A stretch of 42,437 nt of DNA from a virus, in the IMG/VR virus record IMGVR_UViG_3300031578_000122, positions 1 through 42,437 of that record. The stretch is one strand, 5' to 3'. Positions 15,841-24,407 of this stretch are shown piece after piece (the first letter of the stretch is position 1; the number at the start of each line of letters is the position of its first letter). Position numbers and translations under genes: made by a program. The notes under the pieces were generated by a model, which saw only the letters and a list, made by a program, of their open reading frames with translations, made no database searches and was not told where the DNA came from.

Positions 15841-18800
15841 ATGGCTGAGAAAATATTAGCATTCCGGATTGATGTTGAGGGTACCAGTAAGGAGGCTGAT
15901 GCCATATCCCGCATTGACATTGAACTTAATAAACTCAATGAGGAAAGGCGTGAGGCCATAGTCCTGTCAAAGAAAGAAGGGGAGGCCGGGGAGAAGGCCA
16001 GGGTGAAACTCGCTCAACTCAGTTCACAGACCAAGGATCTGCAAGTCAAGAAGGCTGAATTAAACCGGGTGGAGAGAGCATCGGCCAGGGAATTTAAGGC
16101 CACCGGTGGCTCAATGGAACAGCTTAGGGCCAGAACAGCGAAACTCAGGGCTGAGATCAATCAACTGGATATCTCTGACAAGAAGAACCTGGCCACCCTC
16201 AGGGCAAAAAAACTTGAGATCACAGCCAATACAAAAAAGATCCGTGATTTTGACCGGTCCATCTCTGGATCCTCTACCCTGGTGGGTGAGTATTCCAGAG
16301 GCCTCGTTAATGGATTCAGGGGCATTGGTATAGCCTTAGTCGGGGTGCTGGCCAGTGTGAGGTTACTATCAAATGCAGTACGGTCAGTTACCAATGACTT
16401 TGCTAAGTTTGAGACCGGGCAAATGGCTGTCCAGGGGTTGCTCGATGAGCAAAATAATCTTATTGCCGGGCAGACCATAGACATAATGAAGTCTTACGGC
16501 CTTGAAACACAGGATACGAATAAAGCCCTATTTGATGCTGTCAGTGCCGGGGTGGAAGCTGGGAAGTCTAATATGTTTATGGCTGAGGCCTCAAAATTGG
16601 CCCTTGGTGGCGTAACATCACTGTCAACTGCGGTGGATGGGATGACCACAATAATAAATTCTTATCACCTGGCCACCGATGACGCTAACCAGGTTGCCAG
16701 CGCCTTCTTTTCTGCACAAAAGTTTGGTAAGACTACAGTTGAAGAACTCAGTAAGTCAGTTGGTAGGGCAGCCCCGGTAGCAAAGCAGCTTGATGTAACC
16801 TACCAGGAGCTACTTGCTACCTATGCCATACTTACAAAAAACGGTATCGCTACTGAGGAGGCAGGAACGGCAATTCGCTCAATGATGGTAGCCCTTCAGA
16901 AGACCTCAAAGGAACAGCGTGACGCCTTTGATCGCCTGGGGATCTCTTATGGAGCCACCAATGTTAAGGCTGAGGGATTTTTTAATATTATGTCACAGAT
17001 CCAGCAGGCCGTAGCTGCCGGTGATGCTGAACTTATTGAATTGATCCCAAATATTCGGGCACTCACCGGGGCGGGTACCCTGGGAGCGGAAGCCCTGGCT
17101 GAATATGATGAGATCCTGAAGGTTGTGAATGAGGACTACGGGGAGGGATCGAGCCTGGCTAAAGCCTTTGCCCTGCAACAAAATAGCGTAAGGAACTACA
17201 TGGACCGGCTCGGGGCCAGTTTCAGGGCTGGACGTATTGCCTTGGGGAGTTTCCTTGCCCCCTTACTCAAGGGTTTTGTTGATATTGTGGCTCCAATAAA
17301 AAGGGCCAGTGATAGCATCCGGGAGCAGAAATATGAACTAAACGCCCTGGTGAAGTCAGCCACCTCAGTACTGGCCTCAGATGAGTCAAGGATACGAACC
17401 ATAAAACAGATCCAGGAACAGTACCCTGATTTTTTAAAGAACATTGATGCTGAGACAATATCAAATGACCAGCTTGCAACGGCCCTGGCAAAAGCTAATA
17501 CTGAATATGATAAGCGGATAAAGTATGAGATTGCCAAGGAGGTTTATGAGATCCAGAAGACAGCCATAGCTGAGTTGATCATCGAGGAAGGAAATCTCAT
17601 TAAGGTTTACGAGAATGCCCTTGAGGCCAAGAAGGAAGTAAGCAATGAGGAAGTTAATTTACTATCCACAGCCATACGGAATAAGGCCATAATCCAGGAG
17701 CAAACTATCCCTAAGGCCCTGGAGCGTAACAGGGCTAAGCAGGCAGAAATGAATGAGGCTATTGAAAAGTCCATACAGCTGATATCTGAAATGAATATCG
17801 TGTCAGCCGGTGGCGAACCTGGGGGCGGGGGTGAGGATCCAGATGATAAGAAAAAAAGATTAAGTGAGGAAGAAAAAAAGCGGTTAGTAAAAATTGCTGA
17901 ACTCAGGTTACAGATCCAGCGTCAAACAGCGGACTCAGAGATAGCCATTATCCAGGACCGGTATGACCGGGAATTTTATAAGGAAGTTGAATCATACCAG
18001 CGATTTGTCGAGGACATGAAAGCGAAGGCTGTTGAATACCCTGAACTGCAAAAAGAAATAGATGCCGTCCTCGAGGCTGTGGCCATTGAACATGAGATTA
18101 ATCTGCAGGAGATTATACTTGAGGGCCAGGAGGAACAGCATAAAATTAGAATGGAAAAGGATAAGGAGGCTGAGGAACAGCAAAAGGCCACCTGGGATAA
18201 GCGGGTACGTATTGCTGAGTTTGCACACCAGGCCATATCGGAACTTTTCTCCGTACTGCATGACAGCTACATGCAACAAAAGGCCATTGAACTTGAGCAG
18301 GCCGGGGATAATGAAAAAAGACGGGAGGAAATTGAGCGCAAGTATGCCAGAAAAATGAAGATAATAAATATAGGCCAGGCAATAATGAATGGAGCGCTTG
18401 CAGTAACTAAGGCCCTGGCTCATGGACTACCAATATGGAAATGGATAGAGGTTGGGCTGATCGGGGCTACCACCCTGGCACAGACAGCCATTATTGCAGC
18501 CCAAAAATTTGCCACCAGTGGAAAGGTTAAGCCTGGGTATGAACTCCCGGGATCCTCCAAGGGTGAGGATAACACCCTGGCCCTTGTTAAGCCTGGGGAA
18601 GTAATCCTTAATGAGAGGCACCAGGCCTTACTTGGTGGCCCTATGGCCTTCAAACGTATAGGAGTACCGGGCTTTGCCGGTAGTGGACTGGTAGGGGGGG
18701 CATTACCCCCGGTACAGGATGCCGGTAATATCAGTATTGAGTCTTTCACTCGCGGGATCTCAGCCGTCCTTGGGGATCTCCGGGTGGTACTTAATGTTAA

Positions 18801-18852
18801 TGAACTGCACTCAGCAGAAGATGAACTTGCCATTATAACTGAAACGCTATGA
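15841..18852 (+). CDS. Tail tape measure protein
   Basis: This is the largest ORF (1003 aa). Its core, GKTTVEELSKSVGRAAPVAKQLDVTYQELLATYAILTKNGIATEEAGTAIRSMMVALQK, is typical of tape-measure (TP901/PhageMin_Tail-type) domains. Long Glu/Lys coiled-coil regions flank the core. Confidence 0.85.
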   Translation: MAEKILAFRIDVEGTSKEADAISRIDIELNKLNEERREAIVLSKKEGEAGEKARVKLAQLSSQTKDLQVKKAELNRVERASAREFKATGGSMEQLRARTAKLRAEINQLDISDKKNLATLRAKKLEITANTKKIRDFDRSISGSSTLVGEYSRGLVNGFRGIGIALVGVLASVRLLSNAVRSVTNDFAKFETGQMAVQGLLDEQNNLIAGQTIDIMKSYGLETQDTNKALFDAVSAGVEAGKSNMFMAEASKLALGGVTSLSTAVDGMTTIINSYHLATDDANQVASAFFSAQKFGKTTVEELSKSVGRAAPVAKQLDVTYQELLATYAILTKNGIATEEAGTAIRSMMVALQKTSKEQRDAFDRLGISYGATNVKAEGFFNIMSQIQQAVAAGDAELIELIPNIRALTGAGTLGAEALAEYDEILKVVNEDYGEGSSLAKAFALQQNSVRNYMDRLGASFRAGRIALGSFLAPLLKGFVDIVAPIKRASDSIREQKYELNALVKSATSVLASDESRIRTIKQIQEQYPDFLKNIDAETISNDQLATALAKANTEYDKRIKYEIAKEVYEIQKTAIAELIIEEGNLIKVYENALEAKKEVSNEEVNLLSTAIRNKAIIQEQTIPKALERNRAKQAEMNEAIEKSIQLISEMNIVSAGGEPGGGGEDPDDKKKRLSEEEKKRLVKIAELRLQIQRQTADSEIAIIQDRYDREFYKEVESYQRFVEDMKAKAVEYPELQKEIDAVLEAVAIEHEINLQEIILEGQEEQHKIRMEKDKEAEEQQKATWDKRVRIAEFAHQAISELFSVLHDSYMQQKAIELEQAGDNEKRREEIERKYARKMKIINIGQAIMNGALAVTKALAHGLPIWKWIEVGLIGATTLAQTAIIAAQKFATSGKVKPGYELPGSSKGEDNTLALVKPGEVILNERHQALLGGPMAFKRIGVPGFAGSGLVGGALPPVQDAGNISIESFTRGISAVLGDLRVVLNVNELHSAEDELAIITETL

Positions 18853-19091
18853 TAGACATAAAGGTACGTACGGCCTCACTGTTAAAAGAAAACATCGGTA
18901 TCAGTGAGGACACTACCCAGGCCCTGTTCGATATAGGGGTGCTGGATGAAGGCACCTGCAGAAGGGTGCTGGTAAGGGAGGAATTTCTTTCAAAGAACCA
19001 GACTCTTCGAAAAACTGAATTAAAAATAGCACTGGCAGAGAAGTACTGTGTCAGTTTTTCAACCGTTGAAAAGTACATTTCCGGAACGTAA
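18849..19091 (+). CDS. Mor-like HTH transcription regulator (putative late activator)
   Basis: RVLVREEFLSKNQTLRKTELKIALAEKYCVSFSTVEKYI resembles the C-terminal HTH of Mu Mor/C-family activators. ATGA overlap with the tape-measure gene. Confidence 0.45.
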   Translation: MIDIKVRTASLLKENIGISEDTTQALFDIGVLDEGTCRRVLVREEFLSKNQTLRKTELKIALAEKYCVSFSTVEKYISGT

Positions 19092-19133
19092 AAAATGTGC
19101 GCAAAACATATTTGTTAAATCCTTAAACTTGTA

Positions 19134-20273
19134 ATGATGAAAAAGAAACTCCTTTTTGAATCACCCTGGATGACCGCGAATGAGGTTATTCGTGACATTG
19201 AGAATAAGGCTACAAAGGTTGTGGAGATTGATATTGACGGTGTTATCGGAGACCGTTGGGATGAAGAAGAAGCTAAGGCCATACTCACCAAAGAAACAAT
19301 GCGCAAGGAACTTAAGGCCCTTGCGGAATTGAAGGCTGAAAAGATCATCGTAAACATTAATTCACCAGGCGGGTCCGTGGCTCACGGCATATCCATTCAT
19401 GATCTACTGGCTCAGCACCAGGCTGAGATAGTAACCCGTGTTACAGGCATGACAGCCTCCATAGCAACCGTTATTGTCCAGGCCGGGGACACCAGGGAGA
19501 TATCTGACAATGGATTACTCCTGGCCCATCATGCCATGTACGGGATAATGGGAGGATTCAACCAGCTACAATTAAAGGAGTTAATTGATGATCTGGCAGT
19601 CTTTGACAATAAGATCATAAATATTTTTGAAAAACGGGGTGTGGAGAAAGACCCGCTCTTAGAGGTAATGGATGCTCAAACCGGCTATGGACGCTGGATG
19701 AATGCCCAGGAAGCTAAGGAGATAGGTTTTGTGGACTCCATCTTTGAGCCTATGAAGGCCGTAGCTATGGTAGATCCGGACACCCTGAAAGCATTACACT
19801 TACCTGAAATCCCATCAAATTTTATAAACATGGAAACAAAGAAAAAAGATGAAACCACTGATGACAGTAACAAAACGTTACTTGATCAGATCAAGGACCT
19901 GATCTCTAAAGTCATCCCTGCAAAGGATGATAAAGGGGAAGAAAAGGCCCCGGAGATCCCTACTGACCTGGCTGACCAATTGAAAGGATTTGAGGAAAGG
20001 CTTACCGGCCTCGAGCAGACCAATACAGACCTTACCTCACAGGTTGAAACCCTCACCGCTGACCTAAAAACGAGGACAGAAGAACTTGATGCCTCCCGTA
20101 TTACCGTGAAAGAACTTGAGACGAAACTTACCCAGGGCAAGGCCGGTTCAACAAAGATCCCTGGAGTGGACGGCCAGGAGGATAAGGATGACCTCAAAGT
20201 GGGTGAGGAGTCAAAGTCACTGGAGAATGATCTGGCCTCATTGAGATCACAAATGGCAGTGGTTCATCCATAA
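19134..20273 (+). CDS. ClpP/S14-family prohead protease fused to an acidic coiled-coil scaffold-like C-terminal region
   Basis: ClpP-like serine protease pattern: IIVNINSPGGSVAHGISIHDLL...VTGMTASIATVIVQAGD...LLLAHHAM. The last ~150 aa are Glu/Asp/Lys-rich coiled coil. Confidence 0.85.
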   Translation: MMKKKLLFESPWMTANEVIRDIENKATKVVEIDIDGVIGDRWDEEEAKAILTKETMRKELKALAELKAEKIIVNINSPGGSVAHGISIHDLLAQHQAEIVTRVTGMTASIATVIVQAGDTREISDNGLLLAHHAMYGIMGGFNQLQLKELIDDLAVFDNKIINIFEKRGVEKDPLLEVMDAQTGYGRWMNAQEAKEIGFVDSIFEPMKAVAMVDPDTLKALHLPEIPSNFINMETKKKDETTDDSNKTLLDQIKDLISKVIPAKDDKGEEKAPEIPTDLADQLKGFEERLTGLEQTNTDLTSQVETLTADLKTRTEELDASRITVKELETKLTQGKAGSTKIPGVDGQEDKDDLKVGEESKSLENDLASLRSQMAVVHP

Positions 20274-20306
20274 TTAACCCGATTTGTAAAACCAAAAATC
20301 AAAACA

Positions 20307-21740
20307 ATGAAACGTTTACTTTCTATTTTATTCAAACTTATCGGGGTAGTAATTCTGATACTCTGGATTGCATCCCCTGACATTATGGCTGACCCAGGTA
20401 TCATTTTCGGGTCAACATTCATCACTACCTCAATAACCTGGGGAGGGAAAGAAAACCTGGACTACTTCTTGAAACCGATGTTTATCGGTCAATCTCCCTG
20501 GGAGACTCAAGGAGTACGGGTAATACCTAATGTACAGAGTTCACAAAAGCTGAACTATTTCGGTACGGTACAGAAGATCCTCAAAGCCTATGCTAAGGGA
20601 TTCTCCGCTGCCAGCGGAACTACATATACCCAGCGTACCCTTACCGTCCATAGGATGAAGGCTGAAGCTGCTGATGATGCCCTGGACTTCTATCAAACTG
20701 TATTTGAAACAGGCCTCCGCACCGATGACTGGAATAACCTTGACGGGACGATGCTCAAGCAGATCATCATAACCCTATACCAAAATGCCGTAAGGAGTGA
20801 CGTGTTCAGGCAGTTCTGGCTCAATGACGCTTATAAGGAGACAGTATCCAGTGGAGTCATTACCGGTACTGCAGACGTTGATTATAACGTCTTTGACGGT
20901 ATGTGGAGACTACTCATGGACAATGCCAGCACCACCCCAACAGCCGGCACCCATATTTTCAGGCACACTGTAAGTGATGCTGCAGTAGCCCAGGTGAATA
21001 CCGTAACCCTAACGGGTACCGGAGGAACAGCAAATGTTACTGTTGGAGGGGTGGCTTACCTGGCGACTTTTGTTACCAGTATAGCCGTTACCTCAGCTGC
21101 CTTTGTGGCCCTTCATGCTGCTGCCCTTGCTCTCAGGGAGATAACATTGACCGGTACTACCACCCTGATATTTACTTCAGAAGTCCCTGGCCAGCCCATC
21201 CCTACGCCAACTGTTGCAACCGTTTCGGGTGACCTTACCGGCACGAATGCTGCTACCACAGCAAACACTGCACCTACAGCCCTGGCTTCCGGGGAAAGTG
21301 AAGATATCTTCCTGGCCCTGTATGTTGGAGCCAATAAGGTGCTTAAGGCCATAGAGCCAGGAAAGAAAGTTCTTTTAGTTGCTGACTTAGTGCTGGAAAA
21401 CTATATAACCTACCTTGAGTCCCTGGCAACGGAGCGGTCACATATCCTACTTGAAGACGGTAAGCAGTGGTACACATACAGGGGTATCCGTATCATAGCC
21501 CCGGGATGGGATGTACACCTGGAGGCAGACTTCCCTCAAGCCAGTGGCACCCTTCATGCCTACCCTCACAGGGTTATTTATACTACAGTGGATAACCTGG
21601 TGCTGGGACTTGATGCCATGAGCCAGTTTAATGAAACAAAAATGTGGTACAACCCGGATGAGGAAGAAAACCGTTTCCGGAGTAAGCTGGTGATGGGCTG
21701 TAACTACGTCCACCCGGATTACACTGCAGTTGCTTATTAA
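20307..21740 (+). CDS. Major capsid protein (putative)
   Basis: A 477-aa ORF directly after the protease/scaffold gene. An alternative start at 20385 (MADPG...) would remove a hydrophobic N-terminal segment. It contains a Thr/Ala/Gly/Val-rich insert. Confidence 0.6.
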   Translation: MKRLLSILFKLIGVVILILWIASPDIMADPGIIFGSTFITTSITWGGKENLDYFLKPMFIGQSPWETQGVRVIPNVQSSQKLNYFGTVQKILKAYAKGFSAASGTTYTQRTLTVHRMKAEAADDALDFYQTVFETGLRTDDWNNLDGTMLKQIIITLYQNAVRSDVFRQFWLNDAYKETVSSGVITGTADVDYNVFDGMWRLLMDNASTTPTAGTHIFRHTVSDAAVAQVNTVTLTGTGGTANVTVGGVAYLATFVTSIAVTSAAFVALHAAALALREITLTGTTTLIFTSEVPGQPIPTPTVATVSGDLTGTNAATTANTAPTALASGESEDIFLALYVGANKVLKAIEPGKKVLLVADLVLENYITYLESLATERSHILLEDGKQWYTYRGIRIIAPGWDVHLEADFPQASGTLHAYPHRVIYTTVDNLVLGLDAMSQFNETKMWYNPDEEENRFRSKLVMGCNYVHPDYTAVAY

Positions 21741-21752
21741 TAAGGAGGGATC

Positions 21753-22415
21753 ATGAAAAATATTAAGGCAATATTTTTATTTATAGGGGTACTCGCGATA
21801 CTGGCCTTTGTTATGGCCATGTTTGAGCAGATCATCCCTGCCGGGGTAACCCTGGGTTTTGCCCTGGCCGTGTACTCCAAGGCTTGTACCAAAAACGTTG
21901 GCGGGAACTCAGCGATTTATATCACTGAGGCTGCTAACCCCGCAACCATAGCCGTTACTGCAGGAGAGATTTCAACCTTAACAATGGGATCCGGAAAAAC
22001 CTTCCATCAGTTACAGGCTGATATTGACACTATCATCCGGGTAGAGGAAGGTGAAGGTGTGGGTGCTAATATGAAGTACAGCCACCGTGTAGAGGCGAAA
22101 TTTTCTAAGCCGGCAGTCGCTCTTAGCACCCTCCGGGATGCCATAGCAGGAGCCTCACCCTGCGGAATGCTGGCCATAGTCACTGATGGTAATGGAACTT
22201 CATGGCTCGTTGGTTACAATGAAACTGATGGTTTTGAACGGCCCCTGAGGCTTGTTCAGGACACCTTTAATTCAGGGGGTAGCCCCGTCGATGAGGATGG
22301 CCAGGTGGTAGGGATAATCCTCGGTGTGGACACCGGGTATATTGACCTGCCATTTGACTCAACTCTCGGGGGTACAATAACTGCAGGAACCGCACCCTTT
22401 ATAACCTACGCATAA
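21753..22415 (+). CDS. Virion protein (220 aa), possibly major tail or head decoration protein
   Basis: It is preceded by a strong SD-like aaggaggg (21743..21750), which is unusual in this genome. The N-terminus is hydrophobic and the rest looks beta-rich. Confidence 0.5.
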   Translation: MKNIKAIFLFIGVLAILAFVMAMFEQIIPAGVTLGFALAVYSKACTKNVGGNSAIYITEAANPATIAVTAGEISTLTMGSGKTFHQLQADIDTIIRVEEGEGVGANMKYSHRVEAKFSKPAVALSTLRDAIAGASPCGMLAIVTDGNGTSWLVGYNETDGFERPLRLVQDTFNSGGSPVDEDGQVVGIILGVDTGYIDLPFDSTLGGTITAGTAPFITYA

Positions 22416-22594
22416 TGATAGTCGTTAAAAGCGAATACAGGAATAAGGGTGTTGTTGTCCACCTCAGGCGGTCCTCAGGAGGGGTGATGAAGATTGAACT
22501 GGACTCAGCTGATAAGGTTCAATTGAAGGCCCTCAAGGATGCCGGCTATGAGGGTGTCGAGGACTCCATTGGTAAGAAACCGGCAAGCCAGTAA
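22415..22594 (+). CDS. Small hypothetical protein (59 aa), below the ORF-track cutoff
   Basis: The ATG overlaps the upstream TAA (taatg). Translation: MIVVKSEYRNKGVVVHLRRSSGGVMKIELDSADKVQLKALKDAGYEGVEDSIGKKPASQ. It fills an otherwise empty gap. Confidence 0.45.
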   Translation: MIVVKSEYRNKGVVVHLRRSSGGVMKIELDSADKVQLKALKDAGYEGVEDSIGKKPASQ

Positions 22595-22626
22595 GGTTCT
22601 TTTCATAGTAGTTAGGTTTAGTGAAT

Positions 22627-22665
22627 GAGGGGGTGAGGTTTGATGTCCTCTCCCCCTCTTTTAAT
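22627..22665 (+). terminator. Intrinsic terminator inside the morphogenesis region
   Basis: gagggggtgagg (22627..22638) pairs with cctctccccctc (22647..22658), with one mismatch. It is followed by ttttaat. Confidence 0.6.
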
Positions 22666-22675
22666 ATCAAACAAC

Positions 22676-23911
22676 ATGGAAGATACACAACCAATACTGG
22701 TAAACTCAGCCCTTCTCGGGCCTGGAACAGATGTTAAGCCCTGGTCACCGGTTAACTTAACCACCAAGGATTATATACCCTTCGGGTCAGATAACCTTTT
22801 CCCTCAGGCCCTGGCCCTGTTTTCCCGCACCAGCCCTAACCACCGGGGAGTTATCAACTCCAAGAATGTTTACCTGGGAGGGAAAGGCTTTGCCTCTCCA
22901 AAAAAAGACACCTGGTTAATTGATAACTTCATTGAAAAGTGTAACTATGAAGGGGAAAGCCTTGATGAGGTTCAGCGTAAATTCTTCCTCGATGAGAATT
23001 CCACCGGGAATGTCTGGATAGAATTGATCACTGACCGCAACCGATCCTTCCTTTGGGTGAACCACCTGGACAGCACAAAGGCACGTAAGTCCAAAGATAC
23101 CGATGAGATCATCCTTCATCCGGACTGGTACCGGGATACCGGGATAAGCGATAAGCACCGCAGGAGGCTACCCCTCTACCCTAATTTTAAGCCTGACTCT
23201 GAGGACGGCTTTTCAGCCCTGAGGTGCGTGTACCATAAGTTCAATTATGAACCGGAATTCACCAATTACGGGATCCCCTGGTGGTTGGCAGGAAAAGACT
23301 CTGTGCAGATTGACCTTAAGACCGGGAAATGGAACCTGGCCAGGCTGATAAACGCCTTCCGTCTTTCCGGAATAATGTTTGTTCCTGTAAAGGATGCTGA
23401 GGAAAGTAAAACTGTTATCAAGAAACTACGGGATGACTACACCGGTGAGGGCAACCAGGATAAACTTCTGGTGGTAACCAAATCCCGGGCCAGTCAATCA
23501 GAAAAGGCTGACCAGGTACAGCTTGTAAACAATAAGACTGAGGATGAAGGCTCCTGGCTGAAACTGCATGAGATGTCAGTGAGTGATATCATTGTGGCTC
23601 ACTCCTGGTATAGGGCCTTATCCGGGATTGTTGATAACTCAGGCTTTGACACACAGCGGATCCTTAATGAGTATAATGTTGCACTAAGCACCTACATTCA
23701 GCCCAAGCAGGAAGAATGGACAAAGCTTTATGTAAAACTATTCCGTGAGGTTATAAACAGGGATATTGAGTTAACTGTTAATAACTCACCCCCGGTAGAT
23801 ACCGATGACGGGATGTTCCTATGGGAACTACGTAAACAGAAGGGCCTTGACTACAATGAGAATGATGTGAAACAACAAAAGATCATTTATAATGGCAGCC
23901 TTTTTGACTAA
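22676..23911 (+). CDS. Portal protein (putative)
   Basis: 411 aa. The N-terminal segment FGSDNLFPQALALFSRTSPNHRGVINSKNVYLGGKGF resembles portal family N-termini as I recall them. The track TTG start at 22640 lies inside the terminator hairpin, so the ATG at 22676 is preferred. Confidence 0.5.
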   Translation: MEDTQPILVNSALLGPGTDVKPWSPVNLTTKDYIPFGSDNLFPQALALFSRTSPNHRGVINSKNVYLGGKGFASPKKDTWLIDNFIEKCNYEGESLDEVQRKFFLDENSTGNVWIELITDRNRSFLWVNHLDSTKARKSKDTDEIILHPDWYRDTGISDKHRRRLPLYPNFKPDSEDGFSALRCVYHKFNYEPEFTNYGIPWWLAGKDSVQIDLKTGKWNLARLINAFRLSGIMFVPVKDAEESKTVIKKLRDDYTGEGNQDKLLVVTKSRASQSEKADQVQLVNNKTEDEGSWLKLHEMSVSDIIVAHSWYRALSGIVDNSGFDTQRILNEYNVALSTYIQPKQEEWTKLYVKLFREVINRDIELTVNNSPPVDTDDGMFLWELRKQKGLDYNENDVKQQKIIYNGSLFD

Positions 23912-24407
23912 AACAGAAGTGGTCACCCTGGCCTTCACCCGAGGGGTGGACACAAAGAAGATCGAGGACGGGCTGATTGAGTCCATACAGGAAAAGCATA
24001 TAAGGCCCATCCTGGGGAATGACTTCTTTGAGGCTGTACTTGCCACCCCTGGGGATTACTCCACCCTACTGACATACCTCAAGAATGTGATTGCATGGTA
24101 TGTGAGGTATTATATCCTCCCGGACGTGTACCTGGATATATCCTCAACCGGTGTGTCTCAGATCCAGGGACGGGGAAGGACCAATGCAACCGGCACTCAA
24201 GTGAGCAGGGCGCAGGATCATGCCCTGGAAACAGTAAGGCTACATATTAACCGGCTCACTCAATACCTCAATGATAATTCAGATGACTATCCGAATTATT
24301 TTCTGGCTGGGAATGCTGACAATCGAATAACTATTGCCGGGGGTATAATCTTTGAAGATGACTCCCGCCTCACTGAGGATGATGATTATACACAGTTTTT
24401 AATATGA
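23892..24407 (+). CDS. Hypothetical protein, possible head-tail adaptor
   Basis: 171 aa, immediately downstream of the putative portal with a 20-nt overlap. Function inferred from position only. Confidence 0.4.
   Translation: MAAFLTKTEVVTLAFTRGVDTKKIEDGLIESIQEKHIRPILGNDFFEAVLATPGDYSTLLTYLKNVIAWYVRYYILPDVYLDISSTGVSQIQGRGRTNATGTQVSRAQDHALETVRLHINRLTQYLNDNSDDYPNYFLAGNADNRITIAGGIIFEDDSRLTEDDDYTQFLI

Noticed and set aside
16161-18833. Several minus-strand ORFs of 60-143 aa inside the tape-measure gene (for example 16161..16484, 17196..17537, 17992..18423 and 18420..18833).
   Set aside because: They lie entirely antisense to a long, motif-supported + strand gene with repetitive Glu/Lys/Ala codons, which commonly leave the opposite strand open. 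No gene in the window is convincingly on the minus strand. They are treated as shadow ORFs.
22640-22675. The track start (TTG at 22640) of the portal candidate, adding the N-terminus MMSSPPLLISNN.
   Set aside because: These codons are the descending arm of the terminator hairpin at 22627..22658. The ATG at 22676 is the more plausible start.
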